From: Bacteroidia bacterium
Lineage (GTDB): Bacteria; Bacteroidota; Bacteroidia; Bacteroidales; VadinHA17
Length of the DNA: 45,095 nucleotides
Direction: 5' to 3'
Assembly (NCBI GenBank): GCA_026391215.1
Contig: JAPLDX010000057.1
Location: 1-45,095, forward strand
In this document: piece after piece, positions 9,393 through 18,709 of the stretch
How the letters are laid out: every line of letters begins with the position of its first letter
How positions within the stretch are numbered: position 1 is the stretch's first letter
Position numbers and translations under genes: made by a program
Notes under the pieces: model-generated
What the model saw: only the letters and a program-made list of their open reading frames with translations
What the model was told of the DNA's origin: nothing
Database searches by the model: none

Positions 9393-10825
9393 AAATTTTT
9401 AACTTCATTTACAAGATTCTGCAGAGAGGCTTTTGCATCCCCGAACAGCATTCTTGTCTTATCATGAAAGAACAGCATATTTTCAATAGCAGCATATCCT
9501 TTCCCCATTCCGCGTTTCATCACAATAATGTTCTTCGCATCCCGGGCTTTCACGATAGGCATACCATAAATCGGGCTTGACGGATCATCTTCTGCAGCCG
9601 GGTTTACAACATCGTTGGCGCCGATGACAACCAGCACATCGGTATTCGGCAGGTCAGGATTTATAACATCGCTTTCAATAAGCTGTTCATAAGGCACATC
9701 TGCCTCAGCGAGCAATACATTCATATGACCGGGCATTCGTCCGGCAACAGGGTGGATCGCGTACTTCACCTCCACTCCTTTTTCCTCCAAAAGTTTGTCG
9801 AGCTCATGACAGATGTGCTGAGCCTGCGCTACTGCAAGACCGTAACCCGGCACAATGACAACCTTTTTTGAGTAGCTCAGAAGCACTGCTGCATCCGACA
9901 GGGTAATCTCCTTGACAATACCTCCTCCGGCAACTGCAGCCTGTCCTCCTCCTCCGAAAACCCCGACTATGACATTCAGCAATGATCTGTTCATGGCCTT
10001 GCACATTAGTATCGTAAGTATTGTGCCGGCAGATCCAACGAGTATACCTCCAGTCAGCATAGCCTGGTTATTGTAAAGGAAGCCTCCCATAGCTGCGGCT
10101 ACACCAGTAAATGAGTTCAGAAGAGAGATCACTACAGGCATATCGGCTCCTCCGATAGGCATTACAAAAAGAACTCCGTAAACTACAGCAATTGCGAACA
10201 TTATATATATGTACGGAGTAAGCTCAGAGCTCGCCTGGACATCACGTGTCATTATGAAAATAATGAATCCTATCAGCACAGCCAGGATGGTAAGGTTCAC
10301 ATACTTCATTGCTTTTATCCTCATGTCACCGATCCATCCATCGAGCTTTCCAAATGCGATCATGCTGCCAGCCCATGATATCGTTCCTATCATAAGCCCA
10401 AGGAGGATAGCAAGGACATGACCATTAGACATTCCGCTTCTTGCAATCAGTTCGGGACTCACATGCGGGAATTCCATCATTGATATAAGTGCTGCAGCAG
10501 CGCCTCCCATTCCGTTGAAAAACGAAACCAGCTGCGGCATGGCAGTCATTTTGACTTTCTTAGCTATTACCCAGCCGATTATTGTTCCGATCACAATTGC
10601 ACCAAGTATCCAGGGAATGTTTCCGATAGGTTCGCCATCTTTTCTGTGAAACAGGATTGTTGCCACTATTGCAAAGACCATTCCGAAAGCAGCCAGGATA
10701 TTTCCTCTGCGGGCAGTAAGAGGATGGCTCAGCATTTTAAGCCCTAAAACAAAAAGTACAGAAGCCACAATATAAGTTATCTCAAGTATTGAGATACCAG
10801 AAGAGAATTGGGATATATCGTTCAT
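9389..10825 (-). CDS. pntB: NAD(P) transhydrogenase subunit beta
   Basis: MTAMPQLVS; PIGGADMPVVISLLNS; VPGYGLAVAQAQH; HPVAGRMPGHMNVLLAEA; GANDVVNP. Confidence 0.97.
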   Translation of the reverse strand: MNDISQFSSGISILEITYIVASVLFVLGLKMLSHPLTARRGNILAAFGMVFAIVATILFHRKDGEPIGNIPWILGAIVIGTIIGWVIAKKVKMTAMPQLVSFFNGMGGAAAALISMMEFPHVSPELIARSGMSNGHVLAILLGLMIGTISWAGSMIAFGKLDGWIGDMRIKAMKYVNLTILAVLIGFIIFIMTRDVQASSELTPYIYIMFAIAVVYGVLFVMPIGGADMPVVISLLNSFTGVAAAMGGFLYNNQAMLTGGILVGSAGTILTILMCKAMNRSLLNVIVGVFGGGGQAAVAGGGIVKEITLSDAAVLLSYSKKVVIVPGYGLAVAQAQHICHELDKLLEEKGVEVKYAIHPVAGRMPGHMNVLLAEADVPYEQLIESDVINPDLPNTDVLVVIGANDVVNPAAEDDPSSPIYGMPIVKARDAKNIIVMKRGMGKGYAAIENMLFFHDKTRMLFGDAKASLQNLVNEVKNL

Positions 10826-10859
10826 TCAACTTATCTTTAGTATTTTACAATCGGGCTGC

Positions 10860-11168
10860 TTACTTTTTCTTTTTAAACATTTCCAGCATCCTGTCGGTAA
10901 CGACAAAACCGCCGACGACATTCAGAGTGCCAAGCACAACTGCAAGAAAGCCAAGGATCATTGATCCTGTTGTATCTGCATGTCCCATAACAATTATTGC
11001 ACCTATGATCACTACCCCGTGAATTGCATTGGCCCCTGACATTAATGGTGTATGAAGTATTGCCGGTACATGGCTTATAACCTCGATACCTAGAAAAATT
11101 GAAAGGATGACAATAAATATTGCCTCCCTGTGCTGTAAGATAAAGTTCAGGATATTTTCCATGGCCAA
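10860..11168 (-). CDS. pntA: NAD(P) transhydrogenase subunit alpha part 2 (membrane part)
   Basis: LHTPLMSGANAIHG; NVVGGFVVTDRMLEMF. Confidence 0.95.
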   Translation of the reverse strand: MAMENILNFILQHREAIFIVILSIFLGIEVISHVPAILHTPLMSGANAIHGVVIIGAIIVMGHADTTGSMILGFLAVVLGTLNVVGGFVVTDRMLEMFKKKK

Positions 11169-11170
11169 AC

Positions 11171-12301
11171 CTATTTAATATTTAGCATTTGTTTCACTCT
11201 CTGGCATATATACTCCCCGGCATGTACAGCAGTTGTTCCATTGATAATTTCATCCTGCATGTTCAGGACAAGATTGCCTTCCTTATCGATCATTATCTTC
11301 AGCAGGTTTATAATATTGCTGCCGAACATCCTGCTTGCATCAGTTGACATATCTGAAGGATAGTCCGATTTACCTATGATTGTTACACCGTTTACGACCA
11401 CTATTTTCCCGTTCTCTGTAAGTTCGCAGTTGCCCCCTGTTGATGCAGCCAGGTCAACGATTATTGATCCGGGCTTCATTGCATTAACAGTCTCTTTAAG
11501 CAGAAGAACCGGTGCTTTTCTGCCCGGTATCTGAGCTGTAGCGATCACCACATCAGCGGCTTTAGCTCTCAGCTGGATCAGATCCTGCTGCTTTTTCTTA
11601 TACTCATCAGTCTGCTCTACCGCATAACCTCCGGCAGCAGAATCCTCTTTTGCGCCCTCTACTTCAATGAATTTGCCGCCCAAACTTTTTACCTCTTCTT
11701 TCACGGCCGATCTGACATCAAATACCTCAACGACAGCTCCAAGCTTTCTTGCTATTGCAATCGCCTGAAGACCGGCGACTCCCGCACCCAGAATCAGCAC
11801 ACGCGATGGTTTAATGGTTCCTGCAGCTGACATAAACATGGGGAAAAACCGCGGTGATAGAGAAGCTGCATGAAGAACTGCCTTATAACCCGAGACGGTA
11901 GCCATTGATGAAAGGATATCCATCGACTGTGCTCTTGTTGTCCGTGGGATAAGATCAAGAGCCAGTATAGTAAGTCCCTGCTTACGTGCTTTTTCCAGCC
12001 ATACGGCATTTTCAGAAGGATTGAGAACGGAACAGAGAACCTGCCCTTCCCTGCAGGACGTAATTTCTTCTTCAGGGATATGATCAACCGATAAAACAAC
12101 CGATGCTTGTGTTAAAATATCTTTTCTGGGAGAGATGGCAGCACCTGCAGATTTGTATTCTTCATCAAATGCGAAGGCATTTACTCCTGCATATTTCTCA
12201 ATGATTACATCAACTCCAAGTTTTTTCAGCGAAGCAGCTTCTCCCGGAAGCATAGCGACTCTCTTTTCAGTTTCCGATTCTTTTAATATTCCAACTATCA
12301 T
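11171..12301 (-). CDS. pntA: NAD(P) transhydrogenase subunit alpha part 1 (soluble NAD(H)-binding domain I)
   Basis: PRTTRAQSMDILSS; GAGVAGLQAI; GGYA; PGRKAP; DLAASTGGNC. Confidence 0.95.
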   Translation of the reverse strand: MIVGILKESETEKRVAMLPGEAASLKKLGVDVIIEKYAGVNAFAFDEEYKSAGAAISPRKDILTQASVVLSVDHIPEEEITSCREGQVLCSVLNPSENAVWLEKARKQGLTILALDLIPRTTRAQSMDILSSMATVSGYKAVLHAASLSPRFFPMFMSAAGTIKPSRVLILGAGVAGLQAIAIARKLGAVVEVFDVRSAVKEEVKSLGGKFIEVEGAKEDSAAGGYAVEQTDEYKKKQQDLIQLRAKAADVVIATAQIPGRKAPVLLLKETVNAMKPGSIIVDLAASTGGNCELTENGKIVVVNGVTIIGKSDYPSDMSTDASRMFGSNIINLLKIMIDKEGNLVLNMQDEIINGTTAVHAGEYICQRVKQMLNIK

Positions 12302-12360
12302 AACAAATTGTTCAAGGCTCAGGGATTGCTTTTGAATTTAAATTTTGAATTTTGAATTCA

Positions 12361-14520
12361 TTATTTTCCAAAGAAGTTCTCCAGCCAGAATTTATTTCTT
12401 TCATTTTGTTCATGACTACCTTTTATACCTCTGACTCCATGGCGATTATCAGGGTACAACATAAACTGGAATGATTTTCCTTCTTCCTGAAGCTTTGAGA
12501 TAAGCCAGATTGAATTCTGCATATGAACGTTGTCGTCAATGTCGCCATGAGTCATAAACAACTTGCCCTTCAGGTTACTTGCAAAAGTAAGGGTAGAGCC
12601 ATCTTTATAGCCTTCCGGATTATCCTGCGGAGTATCCATAAAACGCTCTGTATAGATATTATCGTAAAGCCTGTAATCAGTAACTGAATATTGGGCAAAA
12701 CCATGAGTCCAGTAATCAGCTCCTTTTGTCAATGCAAGGCATGTCATATATCCGCCGTATGAACTTCCTGTGATCCCCATCCTTGCTCCGTCAACAAAAG
12801 GCTTTGCAATGAGCCACTTAACTGCGTCGGCATAATCGAGGATCTCCCATTTTCCAAGACAGCGGTACAGGTAATCGAGCCCCTTTTTGCCGAACTGTCC
12901 TGATCCGCGATGGTCCACAGTAAAGGTTATGATACCGTTCTGAGAATACCAGGAGGGATTGTTCTCCTCCCACCTGTTATTGACGTTCTTTGAATCCGGA
13001 CCTCCGTAGACAGTGAAAACAACAGGGTATTTCTGCGAAGGATCAAAATTAAGGGGGTAAATAATAATTGCAGGCATGCTGAATAATCCATCGGCTGTCG
13101 GGATCTTAACCAGTTCTGTCTTTGCATTTTTAGCCGGAGCCGGGCCGTCAAATTTATAAATCTCTTTTAAAAATTTCGCTTTTTTATCATATCCAACTAT
13201 TGAGCCCGGACTTGAAATGCTGCTCCAGGTATCAATATAATAACTTCCTTTTGGTGAGATACTTACTTTATGAGTTCCTTCACCCCTGGTTATCTGAAGC
13301 AGATTTTTACCATCAAGACCTGCCCTATATGCATGATTATCCGTCGATTCAGGCCCTGTTGCAGTAAAGTACACAGCATTAAGACTTTCATCTACCCGGC
13401 TTATTGAGTTCACCCTGAAATCAAAGTCGGTAAGCTGTGCAATCAAACGGCCATCCCAACCGTAATAATACAGATTCTCCCAGTCGTTTCTGTAGCTTCT
13501 GATAATGAACCCTGTTCCGTTATTCATCACATAAATATCTTCACGGAATTCCACCCATGTTTTTCGTGATTCCTCATATATCTGCGTATAATCGCCGGTT
13601 GTCGGATCCGCAAGGATGATCTGAAGATTATTCTGATCGCGGTTCACCACCTGTATAGCCAGCTTCCTGCTGTCAGGTGTCCAGAAAGGCCACGCAATGT
13701 ATTGATCAACAGTGTAATCTGTTTTAACCCAGACTGTTTTTGCTGATGCAATATCTGCAATTCCCATTTTCACTTTCGGATTCGGATCACCAGCCTTGGG
13801 GTAAGGCACCTGCTCCAGAAGCCCGTGGATTCCGTCTGCTTCATCAAGCCTGTTAAGCGTAAACAGAGGCACATCGCTTTCATCAGTCCTGAGATATGCA
13901 ATTTCAGAACCGTCAGGGGACCACCAGAATGCTGCATAACGGCTTGGCCTGCCAAGTATCTCTTCCATGTAGACCCATGATGAATAACCGTTATAGACCC
14001 TTTCCGAAGCATCACTGGTCAGCCTTATCTCCTTATTATTCACAAGATCAAACACATATAGATCTTTCTCCTTAGTATATGCAATTTTTGAACCTTCGGG
14101 AGAGAACCGGACATTCACCTCGGGAGAGCTGTCGCTCGTGATCTTCCGTAGCTCCTTATCGCCTTTTTTAAAATAGAACAGGTCGTTTTCCTTTACCAGG
14201 ACAGCGCTCTGCATGTCCGGACTGATCACATCGTTCGATTCCATGGTTACTCCCTGTGGCAGCGATTCGGCAAAAAGTTCCCGGTCGGGTTTTGCCGGAG
14301 GAACAACCTTACTTTTGCCTGTTTTTATATCGACATTCCGGATAACCGGATTTTTGTCGGCATCAAATGTCCGGATCAGATAATGAGTGTCATCGGTCCA
14401 TCCAAGAATGGCAACCTGGTTCAGGTTCCGCATTGGCATCTGCGCAAATGCCTGATTCCCTGTAATAAGCAATGGCAAAACAAAGGAAATGAGGATCTTA
14501 AATAATCTAATCTTATTCAT
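12361..14520 (-). CDS. S9B dipeptidyl-peptidase IV family protein
   Basis: Signal peptide; YMEEI; YPKAGDPNP; VYGGP; nucleophile GSSYGG; DDNVH; C-terminal His (NRHG). Confidence 0.93.
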   Translation of the reverse strand: MNKIRLFKILISFVLPLLITGNQAFAQMPMRNLNQVAILGWTDDTHYLIRTFDADKNPVIRNVDIKTGKSKVVPPAKPDRELFAESLPQGVTMESNDVISPDMQSAVLVKENDLFYFKKGDKELRKITSDSSPEVNVRFSPEGSKIAYTKEKDLYVFDLVNNKEIRLTSDASERVYNGYSSWVYMEEILGRPSRYAAFWWSPDGSEIAYLRTDESDVPLFTLNRLDEADGIHGLLEQVPYPKAGDPNPKVKMGIADIASAKTVWVKTDYTVDQYIAWPFWTPDSRKLAIQVVNRDQNNLQIILADPTTGDYTQIYEESRKTWVEFREDIYVMNNGTGFIIRSYRNDWENLYYYGWDGRLIAQLTDFDFRVNSISRVDESLNAVYFTATGPESTDNHAYRAGLDGKNLLQITRGEGTHKVSISPKGSYYIDTWSSISSPGSIVGYDKKAKFLKEIYKFDGPAPAKNAKTELVKIPTADGLFSMPAIIIYPLNFDPSQKYPVVFTVYGGPDSKNVNNRWEENNPSWYSQNGIITFTVDHRGSGQFGKKGLDYLYRCLGKWEILDYADAVKWLIAKPFVDGARMGITGSSYGGYMTCLALTKGADYWTHGFAQYSVTDYRLYDNIYTERFMDTPQDNPEGYKDGSTLTFASNLKGKLFMTHGDIDDNVHMQNSIWLISKLQEEGKSFQFMLYPDNRHGVRGIKGSHEQNERNKFWLENFFGK

Positions 14521-14665
14521 GAATATTTATTTTAATACGTTATTGTTAGTAATAAGAATCGTAAAAATAAGAATAATGAACGGGTGTTTTATCAGCATGC
14601 TGCAGTTTTTTAAACATATTAGAATTTTAGATTAAATTTAACATTCTCTATTTAATCTAAGCCTA

Positions 14666-16303
14666 ATGAAGAAAATATTCTCTTTTTTTATTATTGTTTT
14701 AGTTCTGACTTCGTGTATAAGCAGAAAAAGTGACTTCAATAACGCTGTTAAGAGTATCACTATCAGTGATCTTGAAAGCTATACTGCAGAGCTGGGTAGT
14801 GACAAATTCTTGGGAAGAAAGCCGTTCACGGAAGGTGAAGCTATATCTGTAGGCTATCTTGCTGATCAGCTGAGGCTTATTGGTTTTGAACCTGCATTTG
14901 ACGGCAGTTATTTCCAGAAAGTTCCAATGGTTGAGATCGGCTCGACTGTGAATATGGTTACAATTACGAAATCATCAAAAAAGATATTCACTTTCAATGT
15001 ACCTGACGAAGCAGCTATTATTTCACCTCAGAACAAAAAAGATATAGTGATTGACAAGTCGGAAATGCTTTTTGCCGGTTTTGGAATCGTAGCACCGGAG
15101 TATGGTTGGAATGACTATGCTGACCTTGATGTGAAAGGAAAGACTGTGATCGTAATGGTCAATGATCCCGGACTTTACACGGGTGATTCTTTGCTTTTTA
15201 AAGGCAGGGAGATGACATATTACGGGAGATGGACGTATAAATATGAAGAGGCAGCCAGGCAGGGTGCGGCCGGTGTAATTATTATACATGAAGCGGAAGG
15301 CGCAGGTTACCAGTACACAATTCCCAGGAAGAGCTCTATAAGTCCCAGGCTTTATATTCAGAGTGCTGACTCAAATGAGTCTCTCTGCCAGTTCACAGGG
15401 TGGTTTTCATCCCAGGCTGCTGACAGGCTTTTCAATTCTACAGGCTATGATGTTAATAACCTTAGAATGGAGGCATGTAAAAAGGGCTTCAGGGGATTCC
15501 TGTTAGGAATGGAGATTTCCATGAACATCAACAATAGTCTCAGATATGATAAATCAGCCAATGTTGCTGGCATTCTGATAGGATCAAAAAATCCTGATGA
15601 GGCTGTAATATATACCGCTCACTGGGATCATTTCGGGATCGGCGAAAAGGAAAACGGGGATTCTATTTACAATGGAGCGGTAGACAACGGGACATCCATG
15701 GCCTGGGCACTGGCAATCGGTAAGGCATTTACTTCACTCAAAAATAAGCCTGAAAGAAGCATAATTTTACTCTTCCCGACAGCAGAAGAACAGGGACTTA
15801 TCGGTTCTGAATATTATACGGAACATCCTGTTGTCCCATTGAATAAAACAGTAGCATGCCTCAATAATGACGGGCTTTTACCAATTGGCAGGATGAAAGA
15901 TGTAACTATTACCGGGTATGGGCTGTCCGATCTCGACAGCCTGACCCGGATAGCTGCTGCTTCACAGGACAGGTATGTCATGGCAGATCCTGAATCGCAT
16001 ACAGGAATGTTCTTCAGGTCGGACCATTTCCCGTTCGCAGCCAGGGGAGTACCTTCATTATATGCCAAGGGAAATACAGAAAGCCTTGAATTTGGTAAAG
16101 ATTGGGCAACGGAACAAAGAAAGAATTATATTGAGAACATTTACCATCGTCCATCTGATAACTATGTTCCTGAAAAATTCAATTTTGAAGGTATTTCTGA
16201 AGATGCAGCCTTGGCTTTCAGGATTGGATACGACCTGGCTAATTCTGACTATTATCCAGAATGGAAGTCCGGTTCGGGATTTAAACGACTAAGAATCAAA
16301 TAA
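14666..16303 (+). CDS. M28 family metallopeptidase with PA domain (lipoprotein)
   Basis: Lipobox LTSC; YYGRWTYKYEEAARQGA; AHWDH; GAVDNG; TAEEQGL; RSDHF; YHRPSD. Confidence 0.92.
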   Translation: MKKIFSFFIIVLVLTSCISRKSDFNNAVKSITISDLESYTAELGSDKFLGRKPFTEGEAISVGYLADQLRLIGFEPAFDGSYFQKVPMVEIGSTVNMVTITKSSKKIFTFNVPDEAAIISPQNKKDIVIDKSEMLFAGFGIVAPEYGWNDYADLDVKGKTVIVMVNDPGLYTGDSLLFKGREMTYYGRWTYKYEEAARQGAAGVIIIHEAEGAGYQYTIPRKSSISPRLYIQSADSNESLCQFTGWFSSQAADRLFNSTGYDVNNLRMEACKKGFRGFLLGMEISMNINNSLRYDKSANVAGILIGSKNPDEAVIYTAHWDHFGIGEKENGDSIYNGAVDNGTSMAWALAIGKAFTSLKNKPERSIILLFPTAEEQGLIGSEYYTEHPVVPLNKTVACLNNDGLLPIGRMKDVTITGYGLSDLDSLTRIAAASQDRYVMADPESHTGMFFRSDHFPFAARGVPSLYAKGNTESLEFGKDWATEQRKNYIENIYHRPSDNYVPEKFNFEGISEDAALAFRIGYDLANSDYYPEWKSGSGFKRLRIK

Positions 16304-16394
16304 ATAGTCATTTGTTTCAAAGTTGTGTTCCTTGAATAACAGAAAGAAAAATGATTTATCTCAGTTATTAGTAATATAGAAATGATTTAAAATA

Positions 16395-16429
16395 CTGTTA
16401 TTTTATTAACATTGTTATTTTATTAACAG
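16395..16429. promoter_or_regulatory. Two tandem Rex-like operators upstream of the hydrogenase operon
   Basis: TGTTATTTTATTAACA occurs twice exactly (16396-16411, 16413-16428). Each copy has the dyad and spacing of the Rex consensus TTGT(G/T)AA-N4-TT(C/A)ACAA. Confidence 0.7.
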
Positions 16430-16438
16430 ATAAAATAT

Positions 16439-16446
16439 TAATTTTG
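16439..16446 (+). promoter_or_regulatory. Bacteroidota housekeeping -7 element for the hydrogenase operon
   Basis: TAATTTTG matches TAnnTTTG and lies about 60 nt before the first ATG (16506). Confidence 0.6.
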
Positions 16447-16505
16447 CGACATAATCTGGAAATTATTCTGATTTATCTGCTTATACACTTGTAAATCAAG
16501 TAAAT

Positions 16506-16877
16506 ATGAAAACAATCAAATCACCGGCTGAACTTCAGAAAAGAAAAGCTGAAATCCTGCAAAGGATGAATGAAAAAGAAAAAATACGGATCAGGGTCCA
16601 CATGGGAACCAGCGGACAGGCATCCGGAGCAAAGGTAATTTATGATTTTCTCAAGCTGGAGCTTGAAAAGAGAAACATTGATGCAGTGGTAATAAGTACC
16701 GGGGATATGGGATACAGCTATGCAGAACCCACAATGGAGGTCACTCTCCCGGGAGAAGCTCCTGTTGTCTTCGGAAATGTCGACAAGCTTAAAGCTGATG
16801 AAATCATTGAAAAGTACATAAAGAACGGGGAGCTTGTTGACGGCATTCTTCCTGCTAATTATCGGGTTATCAACTAA
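16506..16877 (+). CDS. HndB/HydD-like thioredoxin-fold small hydrogenase subunit, lacking all cysteines
   Basis: VHMGTSGQASGA and TGDMGYSYAEP align with the family motifs MxTCGIAxGA and TGCxGxCxxEP. It is the first gene of the operon. Confidence 0.85.
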   Translation: MKTIKSPAELQKRKAEILQRMNEKEKIRIRVHMGTSGQASGAKVIYDFLKLELEKRNIDAVVISTGDMGYSYAEPTMEVTLPGEAPVVFGNVDKLKADEIIEKYIKNGELVDGILPANYRVIN

Positions 16878-16898
16878 AATATTCAGGGAGGCATAACC

Positions 16899-18692
16899 AT
16901 GGCAAAACAAAAAATACAAATTATTGTATGCGGAGGAACAAGCTGCAATGGCAACCAAAGCGAACTTTTAATCGATAACCTGAGGCTTGAACTTGAAGCA
17001 AACGCCCTTGAGAATGACGTCCGTGTAATTAAATCAGGCTGCTTCGGTTTGTGTAATCTTGGTCCAATAGTAAAAATCATACCCGGTGATACCATCTATA
17101 CACATGTTAAACCAGATGATGCAAGAGATATAGTCAGCGAACATGTAATGAAAGGACGTAAAGTGGAAAGGCTTCTTTTCACTGATCCCGTGACGAAGAA
17201 AGTTCTTGCCACGGAAAGAGAGCTTAGTTCACATAAAAAGCAGATAAGGATCGTTTTAAGAAATTGCGGAATAATTGATCCTGAAAATATTGATGAAGCA
17301 ATTGCCTATAACGCCTATGAGGCTCTTGGCAAAGTGCTCACAGAAATGAAACCCCCGGAGGTAATAAAAATCGTAAAAGACTCAGGTCTGCGAGGGAGGG
17401 GTGGAGGAGGCTTCCCCACAGGATTAAAGTGGGAAATAGCTTATAAGAATAAATCAGACGAAAAATATGTTGTCTGCAATGCTGATGAAGGAGACCCCGG
17501 TGCATTCATGGACAGGTCGGTACTAGAGGGAGATCCACACGCTGTACTCGAAGCAATGGCAATTTGCGGCTACAGCATTGAATCTCACAAAGGACTTATT
17601 TATATACGTGCCGAGTATCCGCTGGCAGTTTCAAGACTCAAAACTGCAATACAACAGGCAAGGGAATATGGATTGCTCGGTAAAAACATAATGGGAACAG
17701 GTTTCGATTTCGATATCGAGATCAGGTACGGTGCCGGTGCATTTGTGTGCGGAGAGGAGACTGCTCTCATTCATTCTATGGAAGGTCTCCGCGGAGAGCC
17801 TACGGTGAAACCGCCCTTCCCTGCCGAATCAGGATTCAGAGGAAAACCTACCAACGTAAATAATGTTGAAACATTTGCCTGCCTATCACCCATAATCCTG
17901 AAGGGAGCTGAATGGTTCGCCTCAATAGGCAGTATAAAATCGAAAGGAACAAAAGTCTTTGCCCTTGCAGGAAAGATAAATAATGTGGGACTTATCGAGG
18001 TCCCGATGGGAACCACTCTCCGTGAAGTCATATTTGAGATTGGCGGAGGCATAAGGTACGGCAAGAAATTCAAAGCTGCACAGACAGGCGGACCTTCAGG
18101 CGGATGCCTTACGGAAAAACATCTTGAAACTCCTATAGATTTTGACAACCTCATAGCTGCAGGCTCAATGATGGGATCGGGCGGACTTATCGTTATGGAT
18201 GAGGATGACTGCATGGTATCAGTGGCAAAATTCTTCCTCGACTTCACAGTAGAAGAATCCTGCGGCAAATGTGCACCGTGCCGCATTGGTAACAAGCGCC
18301 TCCATGAGCTTCTCGAGCACATAACCAAAGGGAAAGGCACTCTTGCCGATCTCGACCGCCTGAAGAATATGAGCCTTGTAATTAAGGACACATCGCTTTG
18401 CGGTCTCGGCCAGAGCTCACCGAATCCTGTGCTTTCAACCCTTGAAAACTTCAGGGAAGAGTATGAGGCTCATGTAACAATAAAGAAGTGTCCTGCAGGC
18501 AAATGCAAGGATCTGATGGAGTACTTTATCATATCTGCCAACTGCGTCGGTTGTACAGCATGCGCAAGAGTATGCCCTGTAGGAGCGATAACAGGTGAAC
18601 GGAAAGAACCTCATGTTATCAATCCGAATATTTGCATCAAGTGCGGCTCATGTATGGAAAAATGCAAGTTTGACGCAATTATCATTCAGTAA
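16899..18692 (+). CDS. hydB: [FeFe]-hydrogenase diaphorase subunit (HydB/HndC, NuoF-like)
   Basis: N-terminal CGGTSC...GCFGLC; GLRGRGGGGFPTG; NADEGDPGAFMDR; CGEETAL; GGPSGG; ESCGKCAPCR; C-terminal 2x[4Fe-4S] motifs. Confidence 0.94.
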   Translation: MAKQKIQIIVCGGTSCNGNQSELLIDNLRLELEANALENDVRVIKSGCFGLCNLGPIVKIIPGDTIYTHVKPDDARDIVSEHVMKGRKVERLLFTDPVTKKVLATERELSSHKKQIRIVLRNCGIIDPENIDEAIAYNAYEALGKVLTEMKPPEVIKIVKDSGLRGRGGGGFPTGLKWEIAYKNKSDEKYVVCNADEGDPGAFMDRSVLEGDPHAVLEAMAICGYSIESHKGLIYIRAEYPLAVSRLKTAIQQAREYGLLGKNIMGTGFDFDIEIRYGAGAFVCGEETALIHSMEGLRGEPTVKPPFPAESGFRGKPTNVNNVETFACLSPIILKGAEWFASIGSIKSKGTKVFALAGKINNVGLIEVPMGTTLREVIFEIGGGIRYGKKFKAAQTGGPSGGCLTEKHLETPIDFDNLIAAGSMMGSGGLIVMDEDDCMVSVAKFFLDFTVEESCGKCAPCRIGNKRLHELLEHITKGKGTLADLDRLKNMSLVIKDTSLCGLGQSSPNPVLSTLENFREEYEAHVTIKKCPAGKCKDLMEYFIISANCVGCTACARVCPVGAITGERKEPHVINPNICIKCGSCMEKCKFDAIIIQ

Positions 18693-18709
18693 TTTAAGAC
18701 GCTCAGGAA

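Noticed and set aside
14551-14574. AATAAGAAT direct repeat in the DPP-IV/M28 divergent region
   Set aside because: Short and AT-rich; not distinguishable from chance or from promoter sequence.
16506-16877. Selenocysteine or recoding as an explanation for the missing Cys
   Set aside because: The codons are AGC, GAT and AGC; there is no in-frame TGA.
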